Shown here one piece after another: positions 14,050 to 27,752 of a stretch of 64,000 nucleotides of DNA. The DNA is from Eledone cirrhosa (taxonomy: Eukaryota): NCBI GenBank assembly GCA_964016885.1, contig OZ024742.1, positions 82,646,001 through 82,710,000 of the forward strand. Reading direction: 5' to 3'. The first letter of the stretch is position 1; every line of letters starts with the position of its first letter. Under the pieces are notes generated by a model. It was not told the DNA's origin and did not search any database. It saw only the letters and a program-made list of their open reading frames with translations. The position numbers and the translations under genes were made by a program.

Positions 14050-16330
14050 GTGTATACATACAAATTCCTCCCATTGTGAAAGAAAAACGTTGATATGTAC
14101 AACCGATGGTTTTCACGCGGTAATTAAATATAGGATACTATTATCAGGGATATATGTGGATTTAGATGTTCTTTTTAGTAGCTGTCAAGATATAGATGGT
14201 GAAATGTATGTATTTGCGCTGCATGCTTTTTCAGGCCGATTGTCAGCCCAAATTCATCACATGCTGCCGAGAAGAAATCCATCAGGAGTTGAATGTTTTC
14301 TGTGAGTCTAACAAGATCACAACTGTCTGCATAAAGGAGATCACGAATGAGTCAGATGTATGTTTTGACGTACGAGGAATCGTCGGTTGTTAAAAGGGCT
14401 GCCTGCTGTTCGATAACGTATATATGCCAACATCGTTGTTGCAGAATGCTTTCAGAAAAAAAGTAGCTCACCGTTGACACAGACCAATGATCTCATGCAA
14501 TGAACGTATAAACACTGTTAACCGTTCAGGGCAAGTAAGTTTTAAGAGTATACGCTAAAATGCATGTCTATCGACAGTGTCAAAGGCCTTCGTGAGATCA
14601 AGAAAGCAATTGCTCCAATCAAGCTTTTACTTACACTTCTCCAGCATCTGTCGGGCCGTGAATGTCATATCTGTAATACCTCCATATGGACGAAAAGCTC
14701 ACTGAGAGGACGGGCAAAGATTTTACTAACAAATTATATAAGAGTGATCCACAGTAGTTTTCATAAACATCTTTCGGTCCCTTCTTGTAGAAGGAGATAA
14801 GGATGGTACCCTTCCAGTCCTGTGGACTGCATCTTTCAACCACACCTGGTAGTATATGTTATGCAGCAGATCATACACTTTAGGACCACCCTGTTGCACT
14901 ATTTCAGTCACTATACCATCACTCGCAGGTGATATGCCAGTGTTCATTTTCCCACTGCAGTCTCAACCTCTCCCAAAGCGGGACGATCATCAAACTTGTT
15001 AATTACAAGAGCCTGCACATTGGTTTCAATCACGTCAGGATTCTTTAGAAGTTTTATCCATCTGAGATTTTCCTGCACCTTCATTCCAGCATACAAAAAC
15101 TTGTCTAGGCATGCATCTTTTCCCTTAGAAGAATTTAAACTAGGGGTCCATTTGCAGTATACCAGTCCTAATGTTTTTCTATGCACAGCCCAAAGCCGTG
15201 GCTGCTGCCTTATAAAGCTCTCTGGGGAAAATAGACATCTATCATCACTGTTGTTAACTTCAATTTGCTGAACTGATTCTTGGATTTTCGTTCGTTTTTC
15301 TGGGCAGGCCAATTGTGTATTATTTATACGTCTCTGCACTCTGAACCATAATGCATCATCTTCTTCCAGAAACGAACACAGAGAGTTGCTCTTAGGAGCC
15401 GGTAGTCTGTTCAGCACTCTGCCCTCTCATGTAACGGATAGATCTGACATCCCACAAATCGTTACATCTTACAATGGCATAATCAATTATATGCTAATGA
15501 CGTGAAAGTCGTTGCATTCAGGTCCTCTTGTACTTGTTCATCTCTCTGAACCAAACCTGTATTCCTGCCAAACATGTAACAGGAGTTCATTTTTATTGCA
15601 TTTTCCCATTCCATGACACACTATGCTGCTCCATCTAGTAACGTCACAACCAACACGAGCGTTTAAATTAGCCAACAGTAAACGCTTGTCATCTCTATTT
15701 ACATTCTTCAAAACTATTCGTATAAAATTCATATATTTCTTCTTGGAGACTTACAAGAGTTGATTCATACATACTGGACGAAGTCATAAAACGGTTAAAT
15801 TAGAGCGGGAACCTAAGTGTCATAATCCAATCAGAGATAGCATGCGGAAGCTGTGTTACATGTTGCACCAGCGCGCTTTTTAGACCAACACCGACACCAG
15901 CTTAATGACGCTCATTTTCTGACCAGCCCTTGTACAATAAAGTGTATCCGGACCTTGGTTCCTCTAGTTGACCATCCTCTGGTAATCATGTTTCCGATAC
16001 CAATAGAATACTTTACAGATAAGAGCAGTTCGACGTTCAGGATTGTTTGAGACTGGGACATTCGATAGGGGCGCACATTCCATGAAGCAATGTTCAATGA
16101 GCCATTGAAGATGTCAAATTATGTCCATTGTTTGTCTTAGTTTCATCTTAAGGTTTTTTCTTATCAGAGTTTCTTTCTCGCAAAAATTTGGATGGCCGTT
16201 GACACTTATGAGTTCCTGCGCCGTTTGACTGGTATTGCTTTTCACCCCACTGGATATCCAGAAATCATCATCCACCCCAATCTGGCTTGGTTGGGTTGCC
16301 AATTTAGGCACCGACGACCCGGCCATGCGA
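14050..16330 (-). mobile_element. Old RTE-like LINE (APE endonuclease + RT), heavily decayed
   Basis: ORF fragments MNIASWNVR (APE N-terminus), LLLANLNARVG, SPASDGIVTEIVQQGG and PQDWKGTILISFYKKG...ENYCG. Confidence 0.7.
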
Positions 16331-17551
16331 CAGGTTGTACTGGTTTGCATATTACCAGTAGCGTTCGAAAATGACCTGACACTACATACATACACACACA
16401 CACATATATACACTTGTACGCATGAGTAAACGAGCGTGTATGTGGGCGGTTGTATGATTGTGTGTAGCATAATACTTACCGTGTCTCGATGACGCTCTGC
16501 ATAGGTGTATGCAATGCATATGTAATTAGTAAAAATATTACACAACATTTGTTTTGGTATTAGCTGTTTTACTCTCAAATTAACACTATCAAGAAGGAAA
16601 TGTCTTTACTCCAGAGGTTTACATCAACGTGATATACGTGGTTCAAGTTACTTGGCAAAGACCCAAATATATAATGACGACAATACCCCAGTTTTGATTT
16701 GTTCTGAATTGTTCCGAAATATTTGAACAGTAGTCAGTCACTTACGTCTCATATTAATATGATAAGGCTCAGACCCTTAGTGAATGGTGTATAGAAATAA
16801 ATATAAAACATAATATTAAATGGGTTTATGCAGAAACCTAAGGCCTACATTAATTCATTAAAAACAAAAGGATCTCCACTACGAAAATGATTAAATCTTA
16901 AATGACTGAATATTTCAAGTTCAATTTCCAAATAATTGCATAATATCCTAATTTTAAAGAATTTCTTACAGGATTTATTGACATCATCTTCAAGTTCTGT
17001 TGAATATTATATATAATAATTGTCCTCCCAAATTATACTAGCTTTGTTTCCAAAGAATGAAGCCAAAACACAGCTACATGAGATGCTTGTTAATGCCGGT
17101 ATTAGGCAAACATATAATGCGTCTGGAAGACTTGAAAACACTTCTTTAGAAACGTTACTTTTAAACGGTATATATCATATTTAATGTATACAATTCTCTA
17201 TTCAAATATTCACTTCATATACTCGTATTTCCCCCCCACCAAATTTACGGATTCATAATATATAATAAAATCATTATTCCGGCTTTATCTAGTCCCCCCT
17301 TTCTAAATCAGGCAGGAGAAACTGTACAATTTTCATAATTTCTTCCAAACTATTTCCCCACAAATATAAACATATTGATTCTCGCAAAATTTATGTGCAG
17401 AATAAATATTTATGTTAACACTATAAACATCGCGTTCTGGCATATACCGAATAGATGATCTTGATACATGTTTTGTAATATCGTCATTAAGTAACAATAT
17501 GTAGGTAAATAGCAGAAACCGCCAAGCTTGGGTTCGATCCTCTACTTTTCC

Positions 17552-17552
<1 letters not shown>

Positions 17553-17600
<48 letters not shown>
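17553..17600. repeat. (TAA)n microsatellite / 3' tail of the L1-Tx1 element
   Basis: Pure TAA run abutting a minus-strand AATAAA at ~17603-17611. Confidence 0.9.
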
Positions 17601-17602
<2 letters not shown>

Positions 17603-17912
17603 TTTATTTATTAACCACAAGGGTTTACATAAAGTAGACATTAAGGACAGTGCAAGACAATGCAGGACGGTACAAATGGGCATTTCTGCGTGTAAAAAAC
17701 AAAAACAGAGGATGTAACAAAAAATAACAATGAAAAATTCCCCAATAGGGGGGAGACTTCGGAGGGACATTTGTGGAGAAAACCCAGTAAAAAGCCACAA
17801 TGACCCTGACCACCAAGGCAAGTGCCCTCTCCCAGTTTTCCACCTTTAATTTACAGATATATACTCAGAGTAGGCCCATTCACTCGGGCCATTCTTGCTT
17901 CTCTCACCCATT

Positions 17913-20900
17913 TCAATTCTGGGAAGAGAGCACTTCCCTCTCTACTCTGATTTTCCTTTTCAAATGAAATTTGAAAAAGTCAATCAGAGCATCACGGAAG
18001 AGGTAAGTGCTCGTCTTCAGCCCTTTCAAACGTGTCCACCATACTATCTCTTTCACCATGGCCACCAGGCAGATAAAAACTGCCTGCTCTTCCCGGCTAA
18101 AGGAGGAGGGGGGGGCAATCCTCACGATGGACTCAGATGATAGCCGGATCCGTCCTAAACGCGACAGCAGGTGTTCGACATAAACCCACAAGTCAGCAAT
18201 TTTCGGACACTGGACGAGTGCGTGCAGGACGGTTTCGTCGCCCTGCGCGCATCTCGGAAATGCCCGGCTGACGGCACCTCCATGCCTGTAGAGTTTATCC
18301 CGAACTGGCAAGGCTCCTCGGTAGCACTGCCAGGCCAGAGATTTCTGGAAGTTGTCCATAGGCCCTGGCCCGAAAGTTCTTCCGAAGAGATTGGCTAGTT
18401 GATTTTCGTCGACGCCTAGAATTTCCCCAAGTACGTCGTCGCTCTTACCCTCCACTAATCCTCTATAGAACGCTGAGGTGGAGTTTCCACCGATCACATT
18501 GCCCGATTGGTCGAGGGCTGTGAGCGCCTGAAGACATTCCAGTCTCCAGGCGCTCCCTCTCGGTCTTCGCTTGACCCAGGACTGCAGCTCCGTCAAGGAA
18601 ACGAGCTGGGGAAATACGCGCCTAGCAAACGGCGAACACACCTGATCACCGTCGAGGAAGAGGTGGAGATGTCGTAGCCTGAGCGCGTGCCTGCGCATCA
18701 TCAGCCACAGCATGCCCAGCCCTCCACGTAGCGGGTGTTGACAACAGATGGACCGCCTGACCATCGGAGCACGTCCCTTCCACAAAAAGCGAAAGAGCAA
18801 ACGCTCCAGCGCAGTCAGGCGAGGCTTAGGACAAGGTACGACGGTCAGGCGGTAGCAGATGACAGACACGATGTACGCGTTAGCCACCTCCGCTCGACCT
18901 TTCAGGGATAGCTTCCTCTCCGCCCATTTCTGGGTGAGAGAAGCCACCCTGCTCGTCACCTCGTCCCAGTTTTTGTCCGTCTGGAGGTCCGGACCGAACC
19001 AGACCCCTAGCAATTTAACCGGTCCGTCCGTTCAGCGTCCGACGACGCTGTTGGACGGCATGGACCTGCCTCTCCAGGTGCCGAGCTGCAGGCCCACTGA
19101 CTTTTCCTGGTTGATCATTGCTCCTGTCACCGCTTCGTATTCTCTTAGTGTAGTGCCGATCGCCTCGATGTGTTTGGCGTTCGACACCACTACGGTGACA
19201 TCGTCGGCATATGCTGACACGGATCTTCCGCATCCTAGTTCGCGCGGGACTCCCCTCAACGTCTCCAGTTTGTGCAGTAATGGCTCGAGAGTCAATACGT
19301 ACAAGAGGGACGAGAGGGGACATCCTTGGCGGACCGAGCGAATGATGTTGAACGGTTCCGACAGGTAACCGTTCACTCTCACCACAGAGCAGATGTCGCT
19401 GTGCATGGCAGCGATCCAGCCTCTGAAGACGGGCCCAAAGCCAGCCGCCCCCAGGACTGCCGCTAGGTAACGATGGTCGACCCTATCGAAAGCTTTCGAC
19501 TGATCTAAATTGATCAAGGACCCACCCGTGCCAGGTTCCTTAGCTACCCTCTCTATGATGTATCGCATGAGGTGGAGGTTGTCGTGGATGGATCTGTCGG
19601 GAATGGCGCATGTCAGCGCCTCTCCCACCAGACCACCAACGATAAGCGCCAACCTCTTTGCTAGCACCTTGGCCAAAATCTTGAACTCTGTGTTTAGCAG
19701 AGTTATGGGCCGGAAATTGTCTATGTTATCCCCCTTGTTCAGATCCTTTCTCAGCAGTGCCACCGCTCCTCGGCTCACAGAACTGGAAATTCTCCCGTTC
19801 TGTTGCCAGTTGCAGTAGACGTCCGCCAAGAGGCCTCCGAACAAGTCTGGCATCTGTACGTAAAGTTCATAGGGCAGACCATCCAAACCAGGCGATTTAG
19901 CCCTTGTGCAACCAGTCATTGCCTCCCTTACTTCAGCGGCTATTATGGGCTTTTCGCAACACTTCGCCTCAGTGGCCGAGAACCGCGGCAGTCCGTCGAG
20001 GTAGACACTAAAGTCCATCCCTCTACCCGGCCCACCGCTGCCCCCGAACAGCTGAGCGAAGTGTCGCTGAAAAGCTTCACACATTTGCCCGGGATCGAGT
20101 AGCATGCGCCTGTCGTGGTCCACCAAGGACCGGATCGTGGCTTTGTTGCCACGACGCGCCTCCGCCACTCGGGCCCATTGAACGTCTTTCGTCCTCTCGT
20201 GTCTGAGAGCACGCACCCTTGCTCTGACAACGCAGCCTTCGAGCTTTGCATTGAAGAATTGGTCAAGGGCCAATTTCGCCGCAAGCACGTCGGTCGCAAT
20301 GCCTTTGCTAAGCGCCTCGTCTAATTTTCTAACTAGTTCTCCCTCTGCTCTATTTTTCTCTATTGCTAAAGCCTTACTAAACCTAATCGATTCTATTCTA
20401 ATCGCTCTTTTCAGAGCAAACCACCACTTGTTGTTGACGATGGCCCCCGTCAACGCCCGCTTAACTAGTTCGCTAATCCGGTCTCTGTAGGCCTTGCGCG
20501 CTGGTAAGGACGCGTTTAGCTTCCAGTAGCCGGGTCCTCGTCTATGAAGCCTATCTAAGTCAAGCACACAGATCACGAATTTGTGGTCCGTGTAGCTGAC
20601 TATCTTGAATTGTGGACAGCCTATGCTAGACCTATCTATTTCCCTACAAAATACTCTATCTAGATATGATCTGGATGACCCGATACGATTTGTCCAAGTC
20701 CACATTGGCACATTCGGGAAATCCAATCGGTACATGTCAGACAGTTCAAAACGCCTGAGCAGGATGGTGAGGCTCTTGCACCCTCCACCCCTATCCGCTA
20801 ATCCCACACAGTCCCAGCGTGCATCTAAGATTCCGTTCCAGTCGCCCACTAACACTAAAGAGCGGGACGTTCCAAGAAAGGTCTCCAGACGCCGGAAGAA

Positions 20901-21262
20901 ATCAGGCCGCCCTGCTCCTGTCGGGGCATAGACGGCCACTAGCCTGAAAGCTTGCCCGTCTCCGCTGGTCACGTCCAGCACCACCAGCTTACCCTCTGGG
21001 TCCAGGAAGATGGCCCGTATGGCGAGATCCAAACCTCTCCGAAAAAGCACAGCAACTCCTCCACCCGATCCAGGACGGCTGGGAGATGCGTACACATCGT
21101 AGCCGCCGAAGATCGGTGCGAAAGCCTGTGCTCGGAGATTCTGGTCTCGCTGATGGCCACTACATCTATGTTTAGTGACCTGAGGTCGTTGAGCAGGTGA
21201 CCCTGCTTCCATGACGACCCCAAGCTACGCGCATTTATGCTGCCTATTCTGAGTGAGGTCAT
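17913..21262 (-). pseudogene. LINE ORF2 (APE endonuclease-reverse transcriptase-zf-RVT) with frameshifts near 21130 and 19025
   Basis: MTSLRIGSINARSL...AISETR; VYAP; GDWN; SYLDR; TDH; GPGYWKLN; KSPGLDGL; FRPITLLN; DQSKAFDRV; VRQGCPLS; AYADD; CAQGDETVLHALVQC. Confidence 0.93.
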
Positions 21263-21301
21263 GTTGAAAAGGAGTGGAAAAGATGGGAAAGACCACTTAC
21301 C

Positions 21302-23436
21302 TTACTTCTCGTATGGGAAGGACGGTTTTTCCATCCTTTTCACTGCTTGTGGCCTCCTCAGGAAGGATGTCCTTATAAATCCTCCTGGAAAGTGCTTGTC
21401 GGAAGTCTCCGATGTCTTTGAGGAATTTTTTTTTTTAGTGTCATGTACGTTTTCTGTGTGATGCGAGTGATTTGTATGTGTGGAGGTGGTGTGAATTTTG
21501 GGGTTGTTGTGTAGTCTTTTTCTGTGATGCTGGTGTTGTGTTGGATGTAGTGTAATAATTGCTTGTTGTTCAAATTTAATTGTTTCTACTTTAGGCACAA
21601 GGCCAGCAACTACCCAGTGCCTCACTGGTACTTTATTTTATCGACCCCGTAAGGATGAAAGGCAAAGTCAACCTCGGCGGGATTTGAACTCAGATCGTAA
21701 AGGGCTTGTTGTTCAAATTTAATGCTGTGTAGTGTGTATCGTTTTGGTTGTTTTGTTTTGTTTGCGTTTGTTGTGGGTGTGTTTCTGTTTCGCATTTTGG
21801 TGACTTTTGTGGTGTAGGTGATGGTGGTGTTGGGGTTAATGATGGTGATGGTTTTGGTGTTTGGGTTGATGGGGTTGGTTATGCTGGTGTGGATGGTGGC
21901 ATATCTGTCCTAACATTTTTGTTTTCTTAATTTATTTGTTTCCCTCTGTATTTTGTTTTTGGAGGGGGAAGGAAGAGAATTTTTTCTTTTTTGGTTTCTT
22001 TTTTTTTTCCGGATATCGTTTCCCACTCCTCGTCGTCACAACCTGTCTCCAGTTGCGATAGGCCGGGGAGTGGAAAATCCTCCACAGGCGTTAGTTTTGC
22101 TTGTGGCGTGGTGGATGGTGTAGGCGCTGGTGCTAGTTCTGAAGTGTTGGGTGGTGGCGGTGTTGGTTTTGCTGGTGGTGCTGGTGGTGTTGGTTTTGCT
22201 ACTGTTGCTGGGGTTGTTGCTGTTATAGTTGCTTCTATTGTTGCTGCTACAGTTGGTGCTGCCATCTCTGCTACTGGTGGTGTTGATGATTGTGTCACTG
22301 GGGTGGGTAGGAGAGGTGGCCTCAACCTTTTAGCCTGAGGGCAGAAAGCCCTTAGGTGGTTTCCTTCACCACAAACAACACACCTAGGTCTTCTGCCCTC
22401 GGCAATTACCGTGAGGTGACTGCCGTCAGTGAGGTATATTACCTCTGGGATCTCCTCAATGCTTTTTTGGTCCGCTTGGATCAGGAGCTCCATCCCAGAT
22501 CCGGACCAGTTCTCCTGCTTTTCTTTTGCTATTGCTATTATTTTTGTGTTGGCTTCGATGCCGGCGAGGACGGCCGCTATTAGCCAGGGAATTTCGATGG
22601 CCGGTGGAACGTGGGTCACCCTGATCTTTACGAGTCTCTGGCCACAATAGCTTGGGACGAGTGTGAAGTCGTCACTTCTTAATGGGGCCATGGAGTGTTC
22701 TCTAGCCTCCTCTGGTGTTTCAAAGAACACGTCAACGGTTCAATACTTCTGCCCACGTCAGATGTGGGTTTTTCTTGCCCACACATGTCCCAAAGTTTTT
22801 TGGATTTGGGACTCGGATGCCCGTTCCACTCGGCGCGATTTTACATTTATTGTTCGATACGACACGGTGCATAGGCGCCGATGCTCCATTTTATTAGGTG
22901 GGGGGGGGGGTGAGGCTGACCCTGTATCCATCTTTCTTTACCATTTGTTTGGCATTTTCTAAATCCTCCTGAGTTACCGTAAATGCTTCGATCTGTTTTG
23001 CTACTCTGGCAAAACTGAGGGCGGTTTTTATAATGTCATTGTTGTTGTTGTTGCTATCGTTATTTGTGTTAATATTAATTTTAGTTTCAGTTGTGGTGGT
23101 GGTGACGTCAGTCGTCTTTGGTGGGGAAGAGTCCATTTTGCTTGATTTCATTTCGACACCAGGAGTTAATTTATTTTTTTCTTCTTTTGTTTCTGTTGTC
23201 GCGGTGGTGGTGGGGGGGGGGGTTGTCGCGGTGGTGGTGGTGGAGGCTTTAACACCTGCAGTCATTGGTAATGGCGGGAAATGAATGTCTGCCTGAGACA
23301 AATTTAAAATATTGCTACTGCTTATATTTTTGTTTGTGTTGGCAAACGTAGTAACATTTACAATGGTGGTGTCGGTGTGAGGTGTTAATTTGTATGGAAG
23401 GCTTTCAGCTGCTTGGTGCAGAGGTGAATTAGCCAT
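21302..23436 (-). pseudogene. LINE ORF1 (RRM-like region, CCHC knuckle, Thr/Pro-rich linkers), disrupted
   Basis: ORFs 22894-23526 and 21927-22730 (CVVCGEGNHLRAFC); stops, frameshifts and a SINE insertion; the C-terminal extent is uncertain. Confidence 0.7.
21581..21703 (-). mobile_element. 5'-truncated MetaSINE-like SINE with a 20-bp target-site duplication
   Basis: GCTTGTTGTTCAAATTTAAT at 21561-21580 and 21704-21723; reverse complement has B box GAGTTCAAATCC and GCCTTTCATCCTTACGGGGTCGATAAAAT. Confidence 0.85.
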
Positions 23437-23650
23437 TTTTTTCAAATAAATTTGTTGATAATCATAAAAGTTTAAAATTTTGGGCACAAGGCCCCAATCT
23501 TTTTGGGTGTCCTTTTCGGAAAACAATGTATGTGCGCTTATATATGATTAACAATAAAAATTTTCCATAAATGGAAATAACAAACCTTTGCGGAGCTCAC
23601 GATGATACGATTTACTACGTAGGTCGCCAATAATAATAATAATAATAATA

Positions 23651-26600
23651 AGGAACCACGCGATGCAGACAATGATCTGAATACTGAGATAAATAATACC
23701 TGGAACAGAGATACGGCTACTGAGGAGATGAATGCTGACGGGCTAGGACAAGATTCGGTTGACATCCTAAATTTAGTGTTAGATGAATTGAACAATGATA
23801 GTGGGAGACCTATGAACCTAAGATTTGTAGACAGGAAAAAGTTAAAAGAAACAACAGCTAAGGTAAACAAAGCCTTCCCCAGTGCAACAATATCCTCAAA
23901 GCAACAGCAAATACGGTGAGGAAAATACTTGGTATAAAAGCGAGAGGAAACAACAGACAAGAAAGTGCAGAGCCTTGGTGGAAGAACCGACTGAGTGGTC
24001 AAATCAGGGAAATGAGAAATGACATAGGAAAGCTTGAGTCACTACTGAATGGGACACTAAAAAACATAGGCACTAAAAATAGACCGGAAATAAAGTACAA
24101 AACTAGGAGGAAAAAGCTAAATATTATCATAGAGGAACTGAAGCAACGCATTGTAGCAAAGAGTGCAAATATCAGGCGATACGAGAACAGAGTCAGTCAG
24201 TATAAACAGAACCGCATGTTCGACAACAACCAGAAGATGATGTTTGGACAGCTTGGGGGAAAGAAAGAGGCAACGACTTGATCCCTGGGGCGGAACAAAC
24301 TAAAACATTCTGGAGAGGAATATGGGAGCAGGATGTTAGACATAATGACCAGGCAGGGTGGATTGAGACAGTACAGAGGGAGATCGGTGAGCAGGCACAC
24401 CAACAAACTGATTTGAGTATCACAGTTGAAACTCTTAAGGGGCAGGCCAAAAAACTAACCAACTGGAAATCGCCAGGCCCAGATGGTGTGCAGGGGTATT
24501 GGATTAAAAATTTAACATCCCTCCACCCGAGACTGACAGCCATGTTCAATGACTGCTTGGTGTCGGGTGAGGTGCCAGAGTGGTTGACAAAAGGTACCAC
24601 AGTTCTGATAATGAAAGACCGAATCAAGGGTAATGATGTTACCAACTATAGACCTATCACATGTCTGTCCGTAATGTGGAAACTGTTGACGAGCATTGTG
24701 TCTGAGGAAATCTACCATCACCTCCACACAAACAACTTGTTACCGGACGAACAGAAAGGATGCCGAAAGAAGTCACGTGGTACAAAGGACCAGTTACTTA
24801 TTGATAAGATGGTAATGGGGAATTGCAGGAGGAGACACACTGATCTTACCATGGGATGGATAGACTACAGAAAGGCATTTGACATGGTGCCTCATTCTTG
24901 GATAACCAAAAGCCTGGAGATCTTCAAGGTGGCAGATAACATCAGACAGTTGCTGGGCAGGAGTATGAGGTCCTGGAAACAGAGTTGACATCAACTGGAG
25001 AATCCTTGGGAAGCGTGAAGATCAAGAGAGGTATCTTCCAGGGAGATAGCCTGTCCCCTCTGTTGTTTGTGCTTGCCCTGATGCCCCTGACCATTATGCT
25101 GCGAAAAGTGAGAGCAGGATACAAGTTGGGAAAGGGAGAGCTTACCATCAATCACCTCCTCTTCATAGACGATCTTAAGCTCTTCGGGAAGAGTGATAAT
25201 GAGTTGGATGTGCGTGTTGACACTGTCCGTATTTTCAGCAGTGATATATGTATGCAGTTTAGTATTAGTAAGTGTGGAGTCATTGTGATGAGGAGGGGTA
25301 GGTTGAGCAGAAGTAACGGAATCCAGATACCAACAGGTGAGTTGATAAAGGAAATTGACTCTGAGGAAGGATGCAAGTATTTGGGCGTTCTGGAGGCTGA
25401 TGGCATAAAGAACAAAAAAAAATGAAGGAATTGTTAAGAACTGAATACATTCGGAGAGTAGGGAGCGTATTGAAGTCACATCTGAACAGCAGAAATGCCA
25501 TAAGCGCAGTAAATTCCAGAGCTGTGTCTATTATTAGGTACAGTGCGGGAATTCTGAGATGGAATGTTGCTGAACAAAAAGAAATGGATAGAAAGACTAG
25601 GAAGCTATTGACTATCTACCACATGTTCCACAAGAGGAGTGATGTCGATAGACACTACCTAAGGAGATCTGAGGGTGGAAGAGGTCTTATGAGCATAGAG
25701 GACTGTGTTCAGATGGAGAAAAACAACCTACACAAATACGTGACTGATAGTAAGGAGCCAACGCTCAGAACTGAAGGAGGGGACAATAGGCCAGGGGATG
25801 TCCAAGGAGGAAATAACATCAAGGAGAAAGAGCAGCCTTCAGGGAAAATCCCTTCATAGTACCTTCTTTGAGAAAACTGAATTTAGAGATCCACAGACAT
25901 GGAACTGGTTGAGAAGAGGAGACCTCAAAAAGGCTACAGAAGGAATGTTAATGGCTGCGCAGGAGCAGCCCCTCAAAACGAAGTGGTTGAAGCACCATAT
26001 TTACAAGGAGGAGGCTAGCCCACTGTGCAGGATCTGTGGAGAGAGAGAGGAGACTGTGGCTCACATTGTATCCGAGTGTAAACACCTAGCCCAGACCCAC
26101 TATAAGGGCTGGAGACATGATGTGATGGGCAGGGTGACCACTGGCACCTGTGCAAAGTAAACAATTTACCACATTCTGAGAAATGGTATGAGCATAAGCC
26201 AGAGGCGATGATGGAGAACGATTAGGTGAAGGTGCTGTGGGATTTTAGGATACAGACAGACAATAAACTGGAACACAATAGACCTGACCTGGTGGTTCTG
26301 GACAAAGAAAAAAGATCGTGTCTGATTGTGGATGTGGCCTGCCCATTCGACACGAGAGTGCAAGAGAAGGAGAGGGAGAAAATTAACCGATACCAGGACT
26401 TAAAGTGGGAGGTAAAAAGGATATGGAACTGCCATGAAGTCAAAGTGATCCCGATTGTCATAGGCGCACTGGGGACACCCTCCAAAAGTTTCCAGGGATG
26501 GTTAAAGAAAATCGGCCCCTTCACGCTTTTTGGAACGCTTCAAAAGGCATGCTTGCTGGGAACAGCAAGAACCCTCCGATACGTCCTGAATATCTGAGGC

Positions 26601-26670
26601 TGCAGGTAGTGGCTTGATATTCATTCCAACGGACTTTCCAGTTAACTAACATCAATGACTGAGATTCAAG
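23651..26670 (+). mobile_element. Dong/R4-clade RLE non-LTR retrotransposon, 5'-truncated and frameshifted
   Basis: PGPDGVQGYWIK, NYRPITCL, DYRKAFDMVPH, GIFQGDSLSP, HLLFIDDLKLF, CRICGEREETVAHIVSEC, RHD, RPDLVV...VDVACP, LQKACLLGTA; (TAA)n on both sides, the known Dong target. Confidence 0.92.
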
Positions 26671-26671
26671 G

Positions 26672-26682
26672 ATAATAATAAT

Positions 26683-26763
<81 letters not shown>
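26672..26763. repeat. (TAA)n microsatellite at the Dong 3' junction
   Basis: Direct reading; a matching short run lies at 23628-23650. Confidence 0.9.
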
Positions 26764-26764
<1 letters not shown>

Positions 26765-27660
26765 TCTGTGCGCGGGCGCCAGTATGTACCTGTATGTTTG
26801 AATAGTGACAGAGTGCCTGAGAGAGAGATGGAGAAAATAACACATGTGTTAATTATTAGAGTGAGTATTTCTATTCATAGACGCATAACCCTAGCTAATA
26901 TCCACATTGAATTTGACTATAGTGCGTGAGACACCCATTTGATTTTTATCGAAGAAAAATCTGGCAGGTTGTCTTAAGCATTAATTACTTTTATTATCTT
27001 GTATCTTAATCATTCGCTATTACATCATGAATGTTTAATATTCTCCAATTCCTGAAAACCATAAAGGCTGAGTAGAAAAAAATAATTAGACAAATGACTT
27101 AGCAAGTAGAATGAAAACAGAAATGCAGAAAAACTGCAACTCATATTGGCACATATTGATGGTTCTTACTGATTTGAGTTAATTATATAAACTGCCAGAA
27201 CGAAAGTTTAGGGTCAGCAATGAAATTGGAGATGAGTATCGATGTACTTCAGGTCATTTGAAGATTAGTAAATAGATTATTATTTTAAACTTTTAAGTCT
27301 AAATAGCCTGTTTCTTCGTTATATATTGTCTAAAAGACAATAAAGAGTAAAATGTGTGAATATGCATTATTTACCAGTTGCTAGGCATTATTTCAATCTA
27401 TTTCATACAAAGGAGATTATGTATGAGAACTGGAATATATATTGTTGATTTTCCATTTAGGCTCTACATCCCATACATGGTGGGTATTTTAAATTACAAT
27501 TAAATGTTGCTGGTCTAGGTTGAATTTGGCAGTTAATAAAACCCTAGCAACAGCAATACGAAGAAGAAAATATGTAATGGTCCCGTACTGGTCACTCTAG
27601 GAACTAATGGTGAATGCTCTGTCTATGTATAACATCCCATATACACAGACAATGATAGAT

Positions 27661-27752
<92 letters not shown>

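Larger units (their letters stand above)
17601..23530 (-). mobile_element. Near full-length L1/Tx1-like non-LTR retrotransposon
   Basis: ORF1 with a CCHC knuckle, ORF2 with APE + RT + C-terminal Cys motif, 3' UTR with polyA signal and (ATT)n tail; GC-rich relative to flanks. Confidence 0.9.

Noticed and set aside
18171-22962. Plus-strand ORFs overlapping the L1/Tx1 element
   Set aside because: Antisense shadows of a GC-rich minus-strand ORF.
27533-27618. Possible minus-strand terminal exon (HSPLVPRVTSTGPLHIFFFVLLLLGFY*, hydrophobic tail)
   Set aside because: Weak acceptor without a polypyrimidine tract, no partner exons and no recognisable homology; needs RNA-seq.
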